A stretch of DNA of 64,000 bases from Pseudobdellovibrionaceae bacterium (GTDB lineage Bacteria; Bdellovibrionota; Bdellovibrionia; Bdellovibrionales; UBA1609). The DNA lies in NCBI GenBank assembly GCA_015163855.1, contig JAAOIK010000007.1:28824-92823 (forward strand), in the 5' to 3' direction. A model generated the notes under the pieces. That model saw only the letters and a list, made by a program, of their open reading frames with translations. It did not search any database and was not told the DNA's origin. A program made the translations under genes and the position numbers. Shown piece after piece: positions 20,503 to 29,966 of the stretch (positions within the stretch are counted from its first letter, which is position 1; the number at the start of each line of letters is the position of its first letter).

Positions 20503-23500
20503 CTAAGACCACTTTTCTATTTTATCAAAATCTACTGATAATAATTTAGAAACCCCTTTTTCTTGCATGGTCACACCAAAAAGTTTGTCCAACCTCTTCA
20601 TGGTCTGTTTATTATGAGTAATAACGATAATTTGTGTATTTTTTGACATTTCTTTAACTAAATCATTAAACCGAATAACATTGGCTTCGTCTAAAGGAGC
20701 ATCCACCTCGTCTAATAAACAAAATGGCGATGGATTTACTAAAAATAAAGAAAAAATAAAAGCCACAGCAGATAAAGCTTTTTCTCCACCAGATAGTAAT
20801 TGAATGCGTTCTAATTTCTTACCTGGAGGGCTAACCATAATGTCCACTCCCTCTTCGCCAGTTTTTTCGTTAACTACTAAGCTTAGTTTAGCCGAACCCC
20901 CTCCAAATAAAGCAGGAAATACTTTTGTAAATTTATCATTAATTTTAGTAAATGTAGTATGAAACCTTTCTTTACAAATACCATCAATTTTAACCACTAC
21001 TTTATTTAATTGGTCTTTTGCAGATAATAAATCTTGGTGTTGGTTTTCTAAAAAAGTAAATTCTTGTAGCTGCTTTTCGTACTGTTCGCTAGCTACTAAA
21101 TTAACCTCTCCAATGCGCTGTAATTGCGAATATGCTTTTTCCATTTCTAATTCGATATTTTTAATAACTGCATCGATATCTTGGTTATTTAATACAGATA
21201 CTAATTCTTCTTCCTTTTCTTGTGCAATAACAGGTAAGTCGACTAAATACTTTTCTTTAACTTGTTCTACAAAATTATTTTGTTGTAAAACATAGGCTTC
21301 TAAGTTTAATTTTAAATTATGAGTTTTATCTTTCCAAGAAAATTGTTTAGTTCGTAAAGATTTTAATTTAGAATCTTTTTCCTCGATAGTATTTTTTTCT
21401 ATTTCATAATTGTTTACTAGTTCGGAATATTGCAATTGTAAGTTCTCTAAGTGCTTAATTTTTTCTGACAAAGCTTCTCTTTGCACTTTAATAGATTCTT
21501 CATAGGCTTTAATTGAAGAAACATTATTTACAATTTGCTTTTCTGCTTGCTCTTGCTCGACAGTTAATTCTTGTAAAGAAAGCGTTAGTAGTTCTTTTTG
21601 TTTTAGTAACCCGTCATGCTCTTTTTCAAATTGCGTAAACTGAATAGTTATGCGTTGTCTTTCATTTTGAACAGAAGAAAAGTCTTTTTCTAAAAAGACA
21701 AGTTCTTTTCCTAAAACTTCTAAATGTTCTTTTTTCTCTTTTACTTTTTTTGATAATTGTCCATTTTTTTCTTTAAAATTTTCTAATTGGCTTGCTTGTT
21801 CTTTTTCTTGATTAGTAAGAATACTAATTTCTTGGTATATACTATTTAACTTATCATTAAAGTGGTTAAATTTTAATTCTAATTCTTTTTTGTCTCTTTC
21901 TAGGTGCAATAAAGTATCTTTTTTATCGGCTTGTACTTTTTGAGCATCTTCGTAAGAGCTTTCTAAAAGCTCGATTTGTTCGTTGATTTTTTTCCACTGT
22001 TTTTTTGCCAAAGTTAGCTTCGCTTGCGCTTCTGTTTTTCCCGCTAATAATTCTTTAATTTCGCGATTTCTACTTAATAAACTCGACTCTTCTTTTTGCC
22101 CAGAACCTCCCGACAAAATTCCTTCCGAATTTAAAGCGTCTCCTTCTTTAGTAACAAAAGAGCATTGTGGATAATCTTTAATTAAACTCCAAGCTAAACC
22201 CATATTTTCTACCAAAACGGTGTTAGAAAAAATGTGCTTCACCGCTTCGGTGTAGTTGTCATCACTTTTTATAAAGTCTACTAATAAACCCTTAACACCC
22301 TCTTTTTTCATTAAAGAATTTTTATCAAAATCACAAGTAGGGCTCTGCGGAGACATCGATATAAACTCTTTATTAAAAAATTGCGAATGCCCTTGTTGGC
22401 TTTCTTTTAAGTAATTTAATGCCTGTATAGATTCCTCTTTATTAGAGGATAATAATAATTGTTCTTTATGACCTAAAGCTGCCGACACGGCTTTCTCTAA
22501 ATTTTCGGGAACTTCTAAAACCTCTGCAATAGGGGAAAAACTTAAACTTCCATCGGCTTGTTGTAAAGTTTGTTTTTGCCAAAGAAGTACATTTTTTACT
22601 CCTTTTTGAAAGCCAGCCCAGCTAGAAGATAAATCTTCTAAACTTTTTAATTTACTACTAATTGATAAATACTCTTCTTTTTTTTGGTCAATAAAATTCT
22701 GAGCTTGCGTGTTTTTTTCTTTTAAAATTTTTAAATTAGCATCAATATTATTTTTATCTTGAGATAAATTAAGATTCGTTTGGTTTTCTTCGTCAATCTT
22801 TTTAATTAAACCTTGTTGCTCTGCTTTGTTTTTCTTTTGCAACTCTTCTATCTGTAGTTTTTCTGTTTTATATTTATCTAATCTAGATAAAGTCCATTTA
22901 CATTTTTCTTCTATAATTTCTTTTTGACTAAAAAAATGAGAGTTTTCTTGTGCCATAACCAACAAACTTTCTTGCTCTAAAGAAAAATCTTTCTTTTTGG
23001 TATCTAACTGTATTTTGGCATTATCAAATGTCTCTTCTATCTTATGTCGAGAGATACTTTGCTCTTTATTAGCAGTTATTAGTTGCTCTATTTCTGTACT
23101 AATATCTTCAATTTGTTTAGAAAAATTTTCTTTGCGCGATTTATATTTTGTTAAAAAATTTTCTGACTGCTCTTTGTTCTCTTGTTCTCTAGATAACACA
23201 TACTCTAAATCTTTGCTTGCCATTTCTTTTTCACGAATAATATTTTGCACACCAGACACTTCTTGTTGCAAAACATTAATGCTTTTTTCTTTTTTTAATA
23301 AATTTAGCGATAGCTCGTCTTTGTTAACCTCTAAAGTGTTTAATTGTGTTTGAAAAGCCATTTCTTCTTTTTCGATGTCTGCTAAAGCGGCTTGGTCTTT
23401 AGCCATAGTGTTTTCAATATTTTTATAATGCAAAGCTTGCTTAAATAAATCTTTTTCTTCTATTTGTGCTTTAATTTTTTTATATTTTTCTGCCTTAGCA

Positions 23501-24135
23501 GCTTGCGACTCTAATGCTCTTAAAGATTTTTTTTGCTCTGATAAAATATCTTGTAAGCGTAATAAGTTTTGATCGGTAAGAATTAATTTTCTTTCTGATT
23601 CGCGTTTTTTTACTTTAAATTTACTTAACCCAGCCACCTCTTCTATAAAAGTGCGTCTTTCTTCTGGCTTTGATAAAATCATTCGACTAATTTGCCCCTG
23701 TTCTACAATGGAGAAACCCTTAGCCCCCGCCCCTGTGTCCATAAATATTTCTTGCACATCTTTTAAACGAACTTGCTCTTTATTAATTAAATACTCTGTT
23801 TCTAAGGAGCGATGGATACGGCGAGTAACGGTAATTTCAGAATGTTTTGCATATTTTACAGGAAACTGGCCTCCATCATTTCCTAAAGTAATGGACACTT
23901 CGGCCAAAGCTACAGAGCTGTATTTTTGCGTTCCAGAAAAAATCACATCCGACATTGCCGAGCCACGCAAAGCTTTTGGAGAGGTAGAACCCATCACCCA
24001 TAAAATGGCATCCACCACATTAGACTTGCCACAGCCATTAGGCCCAACAATTCCTGTTCTTTCTTTATCAAAAGTAATTCGCGTTTTATCTTTAAAAGAT
24101 TTAAAGCCATATAATTCTAAGTGTTTAATTTTCAA
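20503..24135 (-). CDS. smc: Chromosome segregation protein SMC
   Basis: GFKSFKDKTRITFDKERTGIVGPNGCGKSNVVDAILWVMG, long coiled coil with hinge, signature LLSGGEKALSAVAF, Walker B PFCLLDEVDAPLD. Confidence 0.98.
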   Translation of the reverse strand: MKIKHLELYGFKSFKDKTRITFDKERTGIVGPNGCGKSNVVDAILWVMGSTSPKALRGSAMSDVIFSGTQKYSSVALAEVSITLGNDGGQFPVKYAKHSEITVTRRIHRSLETEYLINKEQVRLKDVQEIFMDTGAGAKGFSIVEQGQISRMILSKPEERRTFIEEVAGLSKFKVKKRESERKLILTDQNLLRLQDILSEQKKSLRALESQAAKAEKYKKIKAQIEEKDLFKQALHYKNIENTMAKDQAALADIEKEEMAFQTQLNTLEVNKDELSLNLLKKEKSINVLQQEVSGVQNIIREKEMASKDLEYVLSREQENKEQSENFLTKYKSRKENFSKQIEDISTEIEQLITANKEQSISRHKIEETFDNAKIQLDTKKKDFSLEQESLLVMAQENSHFFSQKEIIEEKCKWTLSRLDKYKTEKLQIEELQKKNKAEQQGLIKKIDEENQTNLNLSQDKNNIDANLKILKEKNTQAQNFIDQKKEEYLSISSKLKSLEDLSSSWAGFQKGVKNVLLWQKQTLQQADGSLSFSPIAEVLEVPENLEKAVSAALGHKEQLLLSSNKEESIQALNYLKESQQGHSQFFNKEFISMSPQSPTCDFDKNSLMKKEGVKGLLVDFIKSDDNYTEAVKHIFSNTVLVENMGLAWSLIKDYPQCSFVTKEGDALNSEGILSGGSGQKEESSLLSRNREIKELLAGKTEAQAKLTLAKKQWKKINEQIELLESSYEDAQKVQADKKDTLLHLERDKKELELKFNHFNDKLNSIYQEISILTNQEKEQASQLENFKEKNGQLSKKVKEKKEHLEVLGKELVFLEKDFSSVQNERQRITIQFTQFEKEHDGLLKQKELLTLSLQELTVEQEQAEKQIVNNVSSIKAYEESIKVQREALSEKIKHLENLQLQYSELVNNYEIEKNTIEEKDSKLKSLRTKQFSWKDKTHNLKLNLEAYVLQQNNFVEQVKEKYLVDLPVIAQEKEEELVSVLNNQDIDAVIKNIELEMEKAYSQLQRIGEVNLVASEQYEKQLQEFTFLENQHQDLLSAKDQLNKVVVKIDGICKERFHTTFTKINDKFTKVFPALFGGGSAKLSLVVNEKTGEEGVDIMVSPPGKKLERIQLLSGGEKALSAVAFIFSLFLVNPSPFCLLDEVDAPLDEANVIRFNDLVKEMSKNTQIIVITHNKQTMKRLDKLFGVTMQEKGVSKLLSVDFDKIEKWS

Positions 24136-24364
24136 GTGAGGCTCCCGTTTTATTTTAAAAATCCATTGTGTATTGTATACTAAAAGTAAGCGTATAAAAT
24201 CGACCTATAACCTTACTTTATTATCACCCTAAACTTAGGTTCAGTCCAGCCAGAATTGTTAAACAATCCTTAATGGAAAATAAGCATTTTGCGATGCGTT
24301 ATTTTTTACCTTCCTTTAGCTACTTAATCGTTGACAAATATACTGCAAAACTAGTTTATGCCTT

Positions 24365-24769
24365 ATGCCTTCTACTAGCTTACGCAGACAATCCAGAGAG
24401 TTAGCTTTACAGTTTTTACACCAAATAGATTTTACCAAAATGGCTTTGCCACAGTCTTTTCAAGACTTTAAAACCGCCTTTAGCTTTCCTGAAAACACTT
24501 GGCCTTATGCCACCAACATCATTTTAGGGGTAGACGCAAATAAACAGGAGATTTTAAAGCTCATTGAAAGTACATCTAAAAATTGGAAGCTAGACCGCAT
24601 AGCCAAAGTGGATTTGTACATTTTAAGTATTGCTATTTTTGAGTTAAAATTTTCTAAAGAAAACACAGATAAAGCGGTAATTATTAATGAAGCACTAGAG
24701 GTTGCTAAAAAATATTCATCAGCAAAGTCTTCTTCTTTTATTAATGGAATTTTAGATGAGGTTGCATAA
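24365..24769 (+). CDS. nusB: Transcription antitermination protein NusB
   Basis: RRQSRELALQFLHQ..., ...SKFSKENTDKAVIINEALEVAKKYSSAKSSSFINGILDEV. Confidence 0.92.
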   Translation: MPSTSLRRQSRELALQFLHQIDFTKMALPQSFQDFKTAFSFPENTWPYATNIILGVDANKQEILKLIESTSKNWKLDRIAKVDLYILSIAIFELKFSKENTDKAVIINEALEVAKKYSSAKSSSFINGILDEVA

Positions 24770-25143
24770 TGATTCGTGAAATTCATCTTAGCAGTGCCTT
24801 TTCTTTAGGCGCTAATATTTGGGTCAGCCCTCATGACAACGGAACCTCGGTAATCAAACAGCTAGATTACTTTACACAATTTCAATTAAGCAAAAACAGC
24901 AATAAACCCCTATTTATGCTTTACAATCACCGACTACTGCCTTGTACGGCTATTATGCAAGTCCATTATAAACCCTCTGAAAAAGTCGCTTGGATTAAAA
25001 ATATTTTTACTGTTTGGGAAAAACAAAACAAAGAAAGTTTGCGTATTTTTTTACCAAAAGATTTTGATGCACAATTATGCAAAAAATATTTAACAGAGAT
25101 TTTTCCAGATAGCGCAGATATTTCTTTAGTTAGCGAAGATTAA
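24769..25143 (+). CDS. Hypothetical protein translationally coupled to nusB (TAATG overlap)
   Basis: ATG at 24769 overlaps the last base of the nusB stop; 124 aa with no recognised motif. Confidence 0.7.
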   Translation: MIREIHLSSAFSLGANIWVSPHDNGTSVIKQLDYFTQFQLSKNSNKPLFMLYNHRLLPCTAIMQVHYKPSEKVAWIKNIFTVWEKQNKESLRIFLPKDFDAQLCKKYLTEIFPDSADISLVSED

Positions 25144-25230
25144 GTAAGTTAGCGCAGATATCTCTTTAGTTAGCAAAGCTTAAGTAAGTTAGCGCAGGTA
25201 TTTCTTTAGTTAGCGAAGATTAAGTAAGTT
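25111..25230. repeat. Three tandem copies of a 40-bp unit
   Basis: Units 25111-25150, 25151-25190, 25191-25230: agcgcagatatttctttagttagcgaagattaagtaagtt with a few substitutions. The first copy contains the stop codon of ORF 24769-25143. Confidence 0.95.
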
Positions 25231-25235
25231 AATAC

Positions 25236-27548
25236 TTAAGCTTCTAGTTGATGCAAAATATCTTTTGCTCTATTTAATAAATCGGTGGGCAGTCCTGCAA
25301 GTTTGGCTACATACAATCCATAGGATTTATTAGCCGAACCCTTAGTTAAGGTATATAAAAATTCTATACTATTATCTTTTTGTGTATTTTCTTTTACTGC
25401 CATATGTTGATTTTCCATATTAGAGTATCGACTTTCTAAACTAGCAATTTCGTGGTAATGGGTGGAAAATAATAAAGTGGCTTTTGTTTTTGATAAAAAA
25501 TATTCTAATATAGCTTGAGCTAAACTTAAACCATCGTAAGTGCTTGTGCCCCTTCCTATTTCATCTAACACCACTAAAGATTGAGTGCTTGCGGTTTTTA
25601 AAATACTTGCTGTTTCTTGCATTTCTAACATAAAAGTAGATACCCCTTCGGATAAAATATCACTAGCGCCAATTCTAGTATAAATACCATCAAATAAACA
25701 TAGCTGCGCCTGTCTTGCAGGAACAAACGAACCTATTTGACACAACAATACACTTAAGGCCACTTGACGCATTATAGTGCTTTTACCAGCCATATTAGGC
25801 CCTGTTAACACAATACCGCAACCTTGTTTTAAATGAATATCATTGGCTGTAAAGTTTTGTAACTGCTCTAAAACAGGGTGGCGACTAGCCAATAAACTAA
25901 GGTGATTTTCTGTAAACTCTGGACATATATAATTGTTTTCTAAAGCTAGCCACGACAAAGAAGACAATACATCGGTTTCGTTTATAAAACGAGACAATAA
26001 TAAAAAGTCCGAAAAATATTGAGACACTTCTTTTTTTAAATCATTTAAACATTCATATTCTAAAGATAAAGTTTTTTGTTTAGCTAACAATAATTTATCT
26101 GCTACCTTATCTAAAGGCGCATACCCATAACGAGTAGCCTGTTTTAAACTTTGTTTTGCCTTGTATTCTAAGGGAACTTTATCTTTATGCGTATTAGTTA
26201 CCTCTATATAAAAACCAAACACAGGACTATAAGAAATTTTTAAAGAAGAGATTCCCGTACGCTCTCGTTCTGTTTCTGCTAAATTTTGTAAATAACTATC
26301 CCCTTCTTGAGAAGAACTTCTTAATTCATCTAATTGCGCATTAGCATAGGGTTTAATAAAGCCACCATTTTTTAATGCACTGGGAGGGTCGGCTACCAAA
26401 GTGTTATCTACTTGCTCACTAATTTTAAAAGCGGCTATAATAATTTCTTGAGGTAAATATTTTTTATCTTCATCGCTAAGTAAATCATACACCTCTGCAG
26501 CCGCTTTTAAAGATTTAGATAAAAATAAAATATCTCGAGGATGACAAGAAGGATACGATAACTTTAATAAACTTCTTTGTATATCGCCCACTAATGATAA
26601 GTGTTGCCGTACCGCCTTTAACTCTAAGGTTTGCTGTACCCAATATTTTATTTTATTTTGTCTACTTATAATTTTCGCTTTATCTGTTAACGGAAACTTT
26701 AAATAATCTTTTAATAGGCGAGCTCCTCCTGCGGTGCGCGTTTTATTAATAACAGAAAATAAACTTCCTTTATTTTGTCCTTCATAGTTTTTAAATACTT
26801 CTAAATTATATAAACTTTGGTCAGAAATCGTAAAACTATTTTTTAAACTTCTTTTTTTAAATGCCTGAGTGTGGGTAATATTTGGTTTAACAGTATGTAT
26901 ATAAGATAATAAAAAATTAACCGCAGAAGCTTCGTAAATGATGGGTGGATTTTTAGTATTTTTTATAACTTCTTCTGGCTTTTTTGAGTGAACAGAAAGA
27001 TGAAAGTTTTTATTTTTATTTAACCAATAGGCTCTTTGCTGAGCGGTTACCACCAACTCCACAGGCTTTAACAAATGTAGTAAAGCTAAAGCTTCTTCCT
27101 CGGTATTTATTATATAGTAAAAAGCTTCTCCTGTAGATAAATCTAAAAAAGCAACACTACTTTCATCATAGGCAGCTATAAAGTATTGCGACAATGCATC
27201 TAAAGTGTCTGGGTCATAAACCATTCCTGGGCTAAGAATATGGGTTACCTCTCTTTTTACTAAAATTTTTGCTTCGCTTGCTTCTTCCACTTGATCGCAA
27301 ATCGCTACTTTATAGCCTTGGGATAACAGTGTCGCTATGGGCAATTTTAAACTATGGTGAGGAAAACCACACATGGGAGTTTTTTCTGTGGATTTTTTAT
27401 TTCTATAAGTTAAACGAATATTTAATAAGGGTGCAGCGACTTTGGCATCTTCATGAAAAAGTTCAAAGAAATCTCCCATTCTAAATAGTAAAATTTTATC
27501 TTTATGTTGTGATTTTATATCCCAGTACTGTTTCATTAACGGAGTCAT
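25236..27548 (-). CDS. mutS: DNA mismatch repair protein MutS
   Basis: MKQYWDIKSQHKDKILLFRMGDFFELF, VLTGPNMAGKSTIMRQVAL, SLVVLDEIGRGTSTYDG, TLFSTHYHEI. Confidence 0.97.
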   Translation of the reverse strand: MTPLMKQYWDIKSQHKDKILLFRMGDFFELFHEDAKVAAPLLNIRLTYRNKKSTEKTPMCGFPHHSLKLPIATLLSQGYKVAICDQVEEASEAKILVKREVTHILSPGMVYDPDTLDALSQYFIAAYDESSVAFLDLSTGEAFYYIINTEEEALALLHLLKPVELVVTAQQRAYWLNKNKNFHLSVHSKKPEEVIKNTKNPPIIYEASAVNFLLSYIHTVKPNITHTQAFKKRSLKNSFTISDQSLYNLEVFKNYEGQNKGSLFSVINKTRTAGGARLLKDYLKFPLTDKAKIISRQNKIKYWVQQTLELKAVRQHLSLVGDIQRSLLKLSYPSCHPRDILFLSKSLKAAAEVYDLLSDEDKKYLPQEIIIAAFKISEQVDNTLVADPPSALKNGGFIKPYANAQLDELRSSSQEGDSYLQNLAETERERTGISSLKISYSPVFGFYIEVTNTHKDKVPLEYKAKQSLKQATRYGYAPLDKVADKLLLAKQKTLSLEYECLNDLKKEVSQYFSDFLLLSRFINETDVLSSLSWLALENNYICPEFTENHLSLLASRHPVLEQLQNFTANDIHLKQGCGIVLTGPNMAGKSTIMRQVALSVLLCQIGSFVPARQAQLCLFDGIYTRIGASDILSEGVSTFMLEMQETASILKTASTQSLVVLDEIGRGTSTYDGLSLAQAILEYFLSKTKATLLFSTHYHEIASLESRYSNMENQHMAVKENTQKDNSIEFLYTLTKGSANKSYGLYVAKLAGLPTDLLNRAKDILHQLEA

Positions 27549-29065
27549 GCTATTACCTTTGAAAATTTTTCTTTTATTTTTTGATAAATACCATCAAAGC
27601 TACCATTGCTCATAATAACCACCACATCTCCAGCCCGTAAATGCTTTTGTAAAAAAGAAACAATTTCACTCGCCAAATCAATACACTGTGCCTTGGGAGG
27701 TGTACATTTACTAAAAGCATTAATATCCTCCACTAACTGTTGAGAAGAAAACCTTTGGGTTTGTATAATTTTATCTTGATAATAAGCCTTTGCAATAATA
27801 ACTTGATCGGCCTTATCAAAGGCTTTAACAAAAGCCTTTTGAAAAACATCGCGCCTAGATGTCGCCGAACGAGGCTCAAAAATGGCAAACACCCGACCCC
27901 TTGCAGAGTCCTTACTACTTGAAGAAAAGTATTGATTTTTAATAGCGTCTAAAGTTAAGCTTACGGCCGTGGGATGATGAGCAAAATCTTCTATAAAACG
28001 AATTCCTCTGCTTTGAAAAAACAAATCTTGCCTTCTTTTTACTCCCTTAAAACTTTGCAAGGCAGTTAATACTTTTTCATTAGACAACTGCTGTGTAGAA
28101 TATTTTATCCACTCCGAAAACAAAACCCATACCGCTAAGTTGTTTAATATATTGTGCTTGCCAAATAAAGTGGATTGCAAGTTTACTTCTTTATTCGTAC
28201 TACTATCTTTGACTAAAATGTTTTGAAAAGTATTAGTATAACTATACTCGGTAACTACATAATGATTAGAAAAAGGGGGTTGAATGTCCATTTTATTAAA
28301 ACCAAAGCCAATAATTTTAGAATTAATTTTTGCAGAGTCTAACAGTGTTTTAATATTTTTATCATCACTGTTAACTATTAATAAGCCTTCTTTAGGAATA
28401 AGCTCTACTAATTTTTTAAAGGCACTTAACACTTGATCTAAGTTGTCATAAATATCTGCATGATCAAATTCAATTCCTGTTAAAATTACAAAATGTGGTT
28501 TATAGTGTAAAAACTTAGGCCCTTTATCAAAAAAAGCCGTGTCGTATTCATCTCCCTCTATAATAAAATGCTCGCCAGATTGTTCTAAAAAAGATTGGCT
28601 AAAATTTTTTGCAACACCTCCTATTAAAAAACTAGGACTTAAATTGCAAGATTCAAAAACCCACGACATTAAAGCAGTGGTAGTGGTTTTGCCATGAGTA
28701 CCAGCCACAATAACACTCTTTTTCTCTTTTATAAAAAAAGCAGATATAGCTTGAGGCAAACTGATATAAGGTATTTTTAGTCGCTCCATTTCTACAGCTT
28801 CTTCAAAATGTTTGCTAATAACATTGCCCACAATAATTAAATCTGGCCTTGGGTTTAAATTACTAGAAGAATAAGGAGTTTTAACAGTAATTTCTAAATT
28901 GGCCAACTGATCAGACATGGGAGGGTAAGCCGCCGAGTCACTACCTCCAACAACAAATCCTTGCCCCTGTAAAAGGCCTGCAAGACTAGCCATAGCCGTG
29001 CCACAAATGCCCATCAAATATATAAAAGCCCCTGGCTTTAATGATTTTAAATTATTATTACTCAT
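27545..29065 (-). CDS. mpl: UDP-N-acetylmuramate:L-alanyl-gamma-D-glutamyl-meso-diaminopimelate ligase (Mpl-like, Mur ligase family)
   Basis: LMGICGTAMASLAGLLQGQGFVVGGSD, VIVAGTHGKTTTTALM, EDFAHHPTAV. Confidence 0.88.
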   Translation of the reverse strand: MSNNNLKSLKPGAFIYLMGICGTAMASLAGLLQGQGFVVGGSDSAAYPPMSDQLANLEITVKTPYSSSNLNPRPDLIIVGNVISKHFEEAVEMERLKIPYISLPQAISAFFIKEKKSVIVAGTHGKTTTTALMSWVFESCNLSPSFLIGGVAKNFSQSFLEQSGEHFIIEGDEYDTAFFDKGPKFLHYKPHFVILTGIEFDHADIYDNLDQVLSAFKKLVELIPKEGLLIVNSDDKNIKTLLDSAKINSKIIGFGFNKMDIQPPFSNHYVVTEYSYTNTFQNILVKDSSTNKEVNLQSTLFGKHNILNNLAVWVLFSEWIKYSTQQLSNEKVLTALQSFKGVKRRQDLFFQSRGIRFIEDFAHHPTAVSLTLDAIKNQYFSSSSKDSARGRVFAIFEPRSATSRRDVFQKAFVKAFDKADQVIIAKAYYQDKIIQTQRFSSQQLVEDINAFSKCTPPKAQCIDLASEIVSFLQKHLRAGDVVVIMSNGSFDGIYQKIKEKFSKVIA

Positions 29066-29122
29066 AATAAATGGCTTTAAACTAATTTATTAATTTACAC
29101 ATTACAAATACTTTTTAATTTA

Positions 29123-29935
29123 CTAATCCCACTCACAAAGCACAGGGCAATGATCCGAACCCAATTGCTTATTTAAAATATCTACTTTTTTAATTTTACT
29201 AGCTAGCTTTTTTGTACTGCAAATATAATCTAATCTCCATCCTTTATTATTTTGTCGGGCCAAACTACGATAAGACCACCAACTGTATTTGTCTTTTTTT
29301 TGCGGATATATACTACGATAAGAATCCACAAATCCTGAAGCTAAAAAAGTATCAAACCACTGCCTTTCTTCTGGCAAAAAACCACTAGTTTCTGCTAAGC
29401 GAACAGGGTCATGAATATCTATAGCTTTATGAGCAATATTATAATCCCCCACCACAATAATTTGTAAATTTTCTTGCATCTTTTTTTTCAAATGCTTTAA
29501 AAATTTTTTTAAAAATTCTTGTTTAAAATTGTGCCGCTCTTCAGAAGCTGCTCCATTGGGAAAATAAACATTATATAATAAAAATTTTTTATTATTTTTC
29601 GTGTATTCATGAATAATAAAACGGCCCTCTGTATCAAATTTTTTAATTCCAATGCCAAATGTGGTTTTAACATTACAAGCTAAATCGGACCGAATATAAC
29701 TAGCTACTCCAGAATAACCTTTTCGCTCGGCAGAAGACCAAATGGATTGGTAGTCGGCTTTTGCTAAAATTTCTTTACTCCATGTTGGAGATAATAACTC
29801 TGTGCTAAGCTGGTCTTCATGTGCTTTGCTTTCTTGAATGCATAAAAAATCAGGATTTTCTTTTTTTAAAAATTTTAAAAAACCTTTTTTTTCACACGCA
29901 CGAATACCATTAACATTCCAAGAAATAATTTTCAT
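29123..29935 (-). CDS. xth: Exodeoxyribonuclease III family protein
   Basis: MKIISWNVNGIRACEKKGFLKFLKKENPDFLCIQESKA, VVGDYNIAH, GWRLDYI, GSDHCPVLCEW. Confidence 0.9.
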   Translation of the reverse strand: MKIISWNVNGIRACEKKGFLKFLKKENPDFLCIQESKAHEDQLSTELLSPTWSKEILAKADYQSIWSSAERKGYSGVASYIRSDLACNVKTTFGIGIKKFDTEGRFIIHEYTKNNKKFLLYNVYFPNGAASEERHNFKQEFLKKFLKHLKKKMQENLQIIVVGDYNIAHKAIDIHDPVRLAETSGFLPEERQWFDTFLASGFVDSYRSIYPQKKDKYSWWSYRSLARQNNKGWRLDYICSTKKLASKIKKVDILNKQLGSDHCPVLCEWD

Positions 29936-29966
29936 ATATAAACCTCAGCTCGGTAAAATCGGAATT

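Noticed and set aside
22997-23353. Plus-strand ORFs within smc (for example 118 aa)
   Set aside because: Antisense shadows of the SMC coiled coil; no supporting start context or homologous motif.
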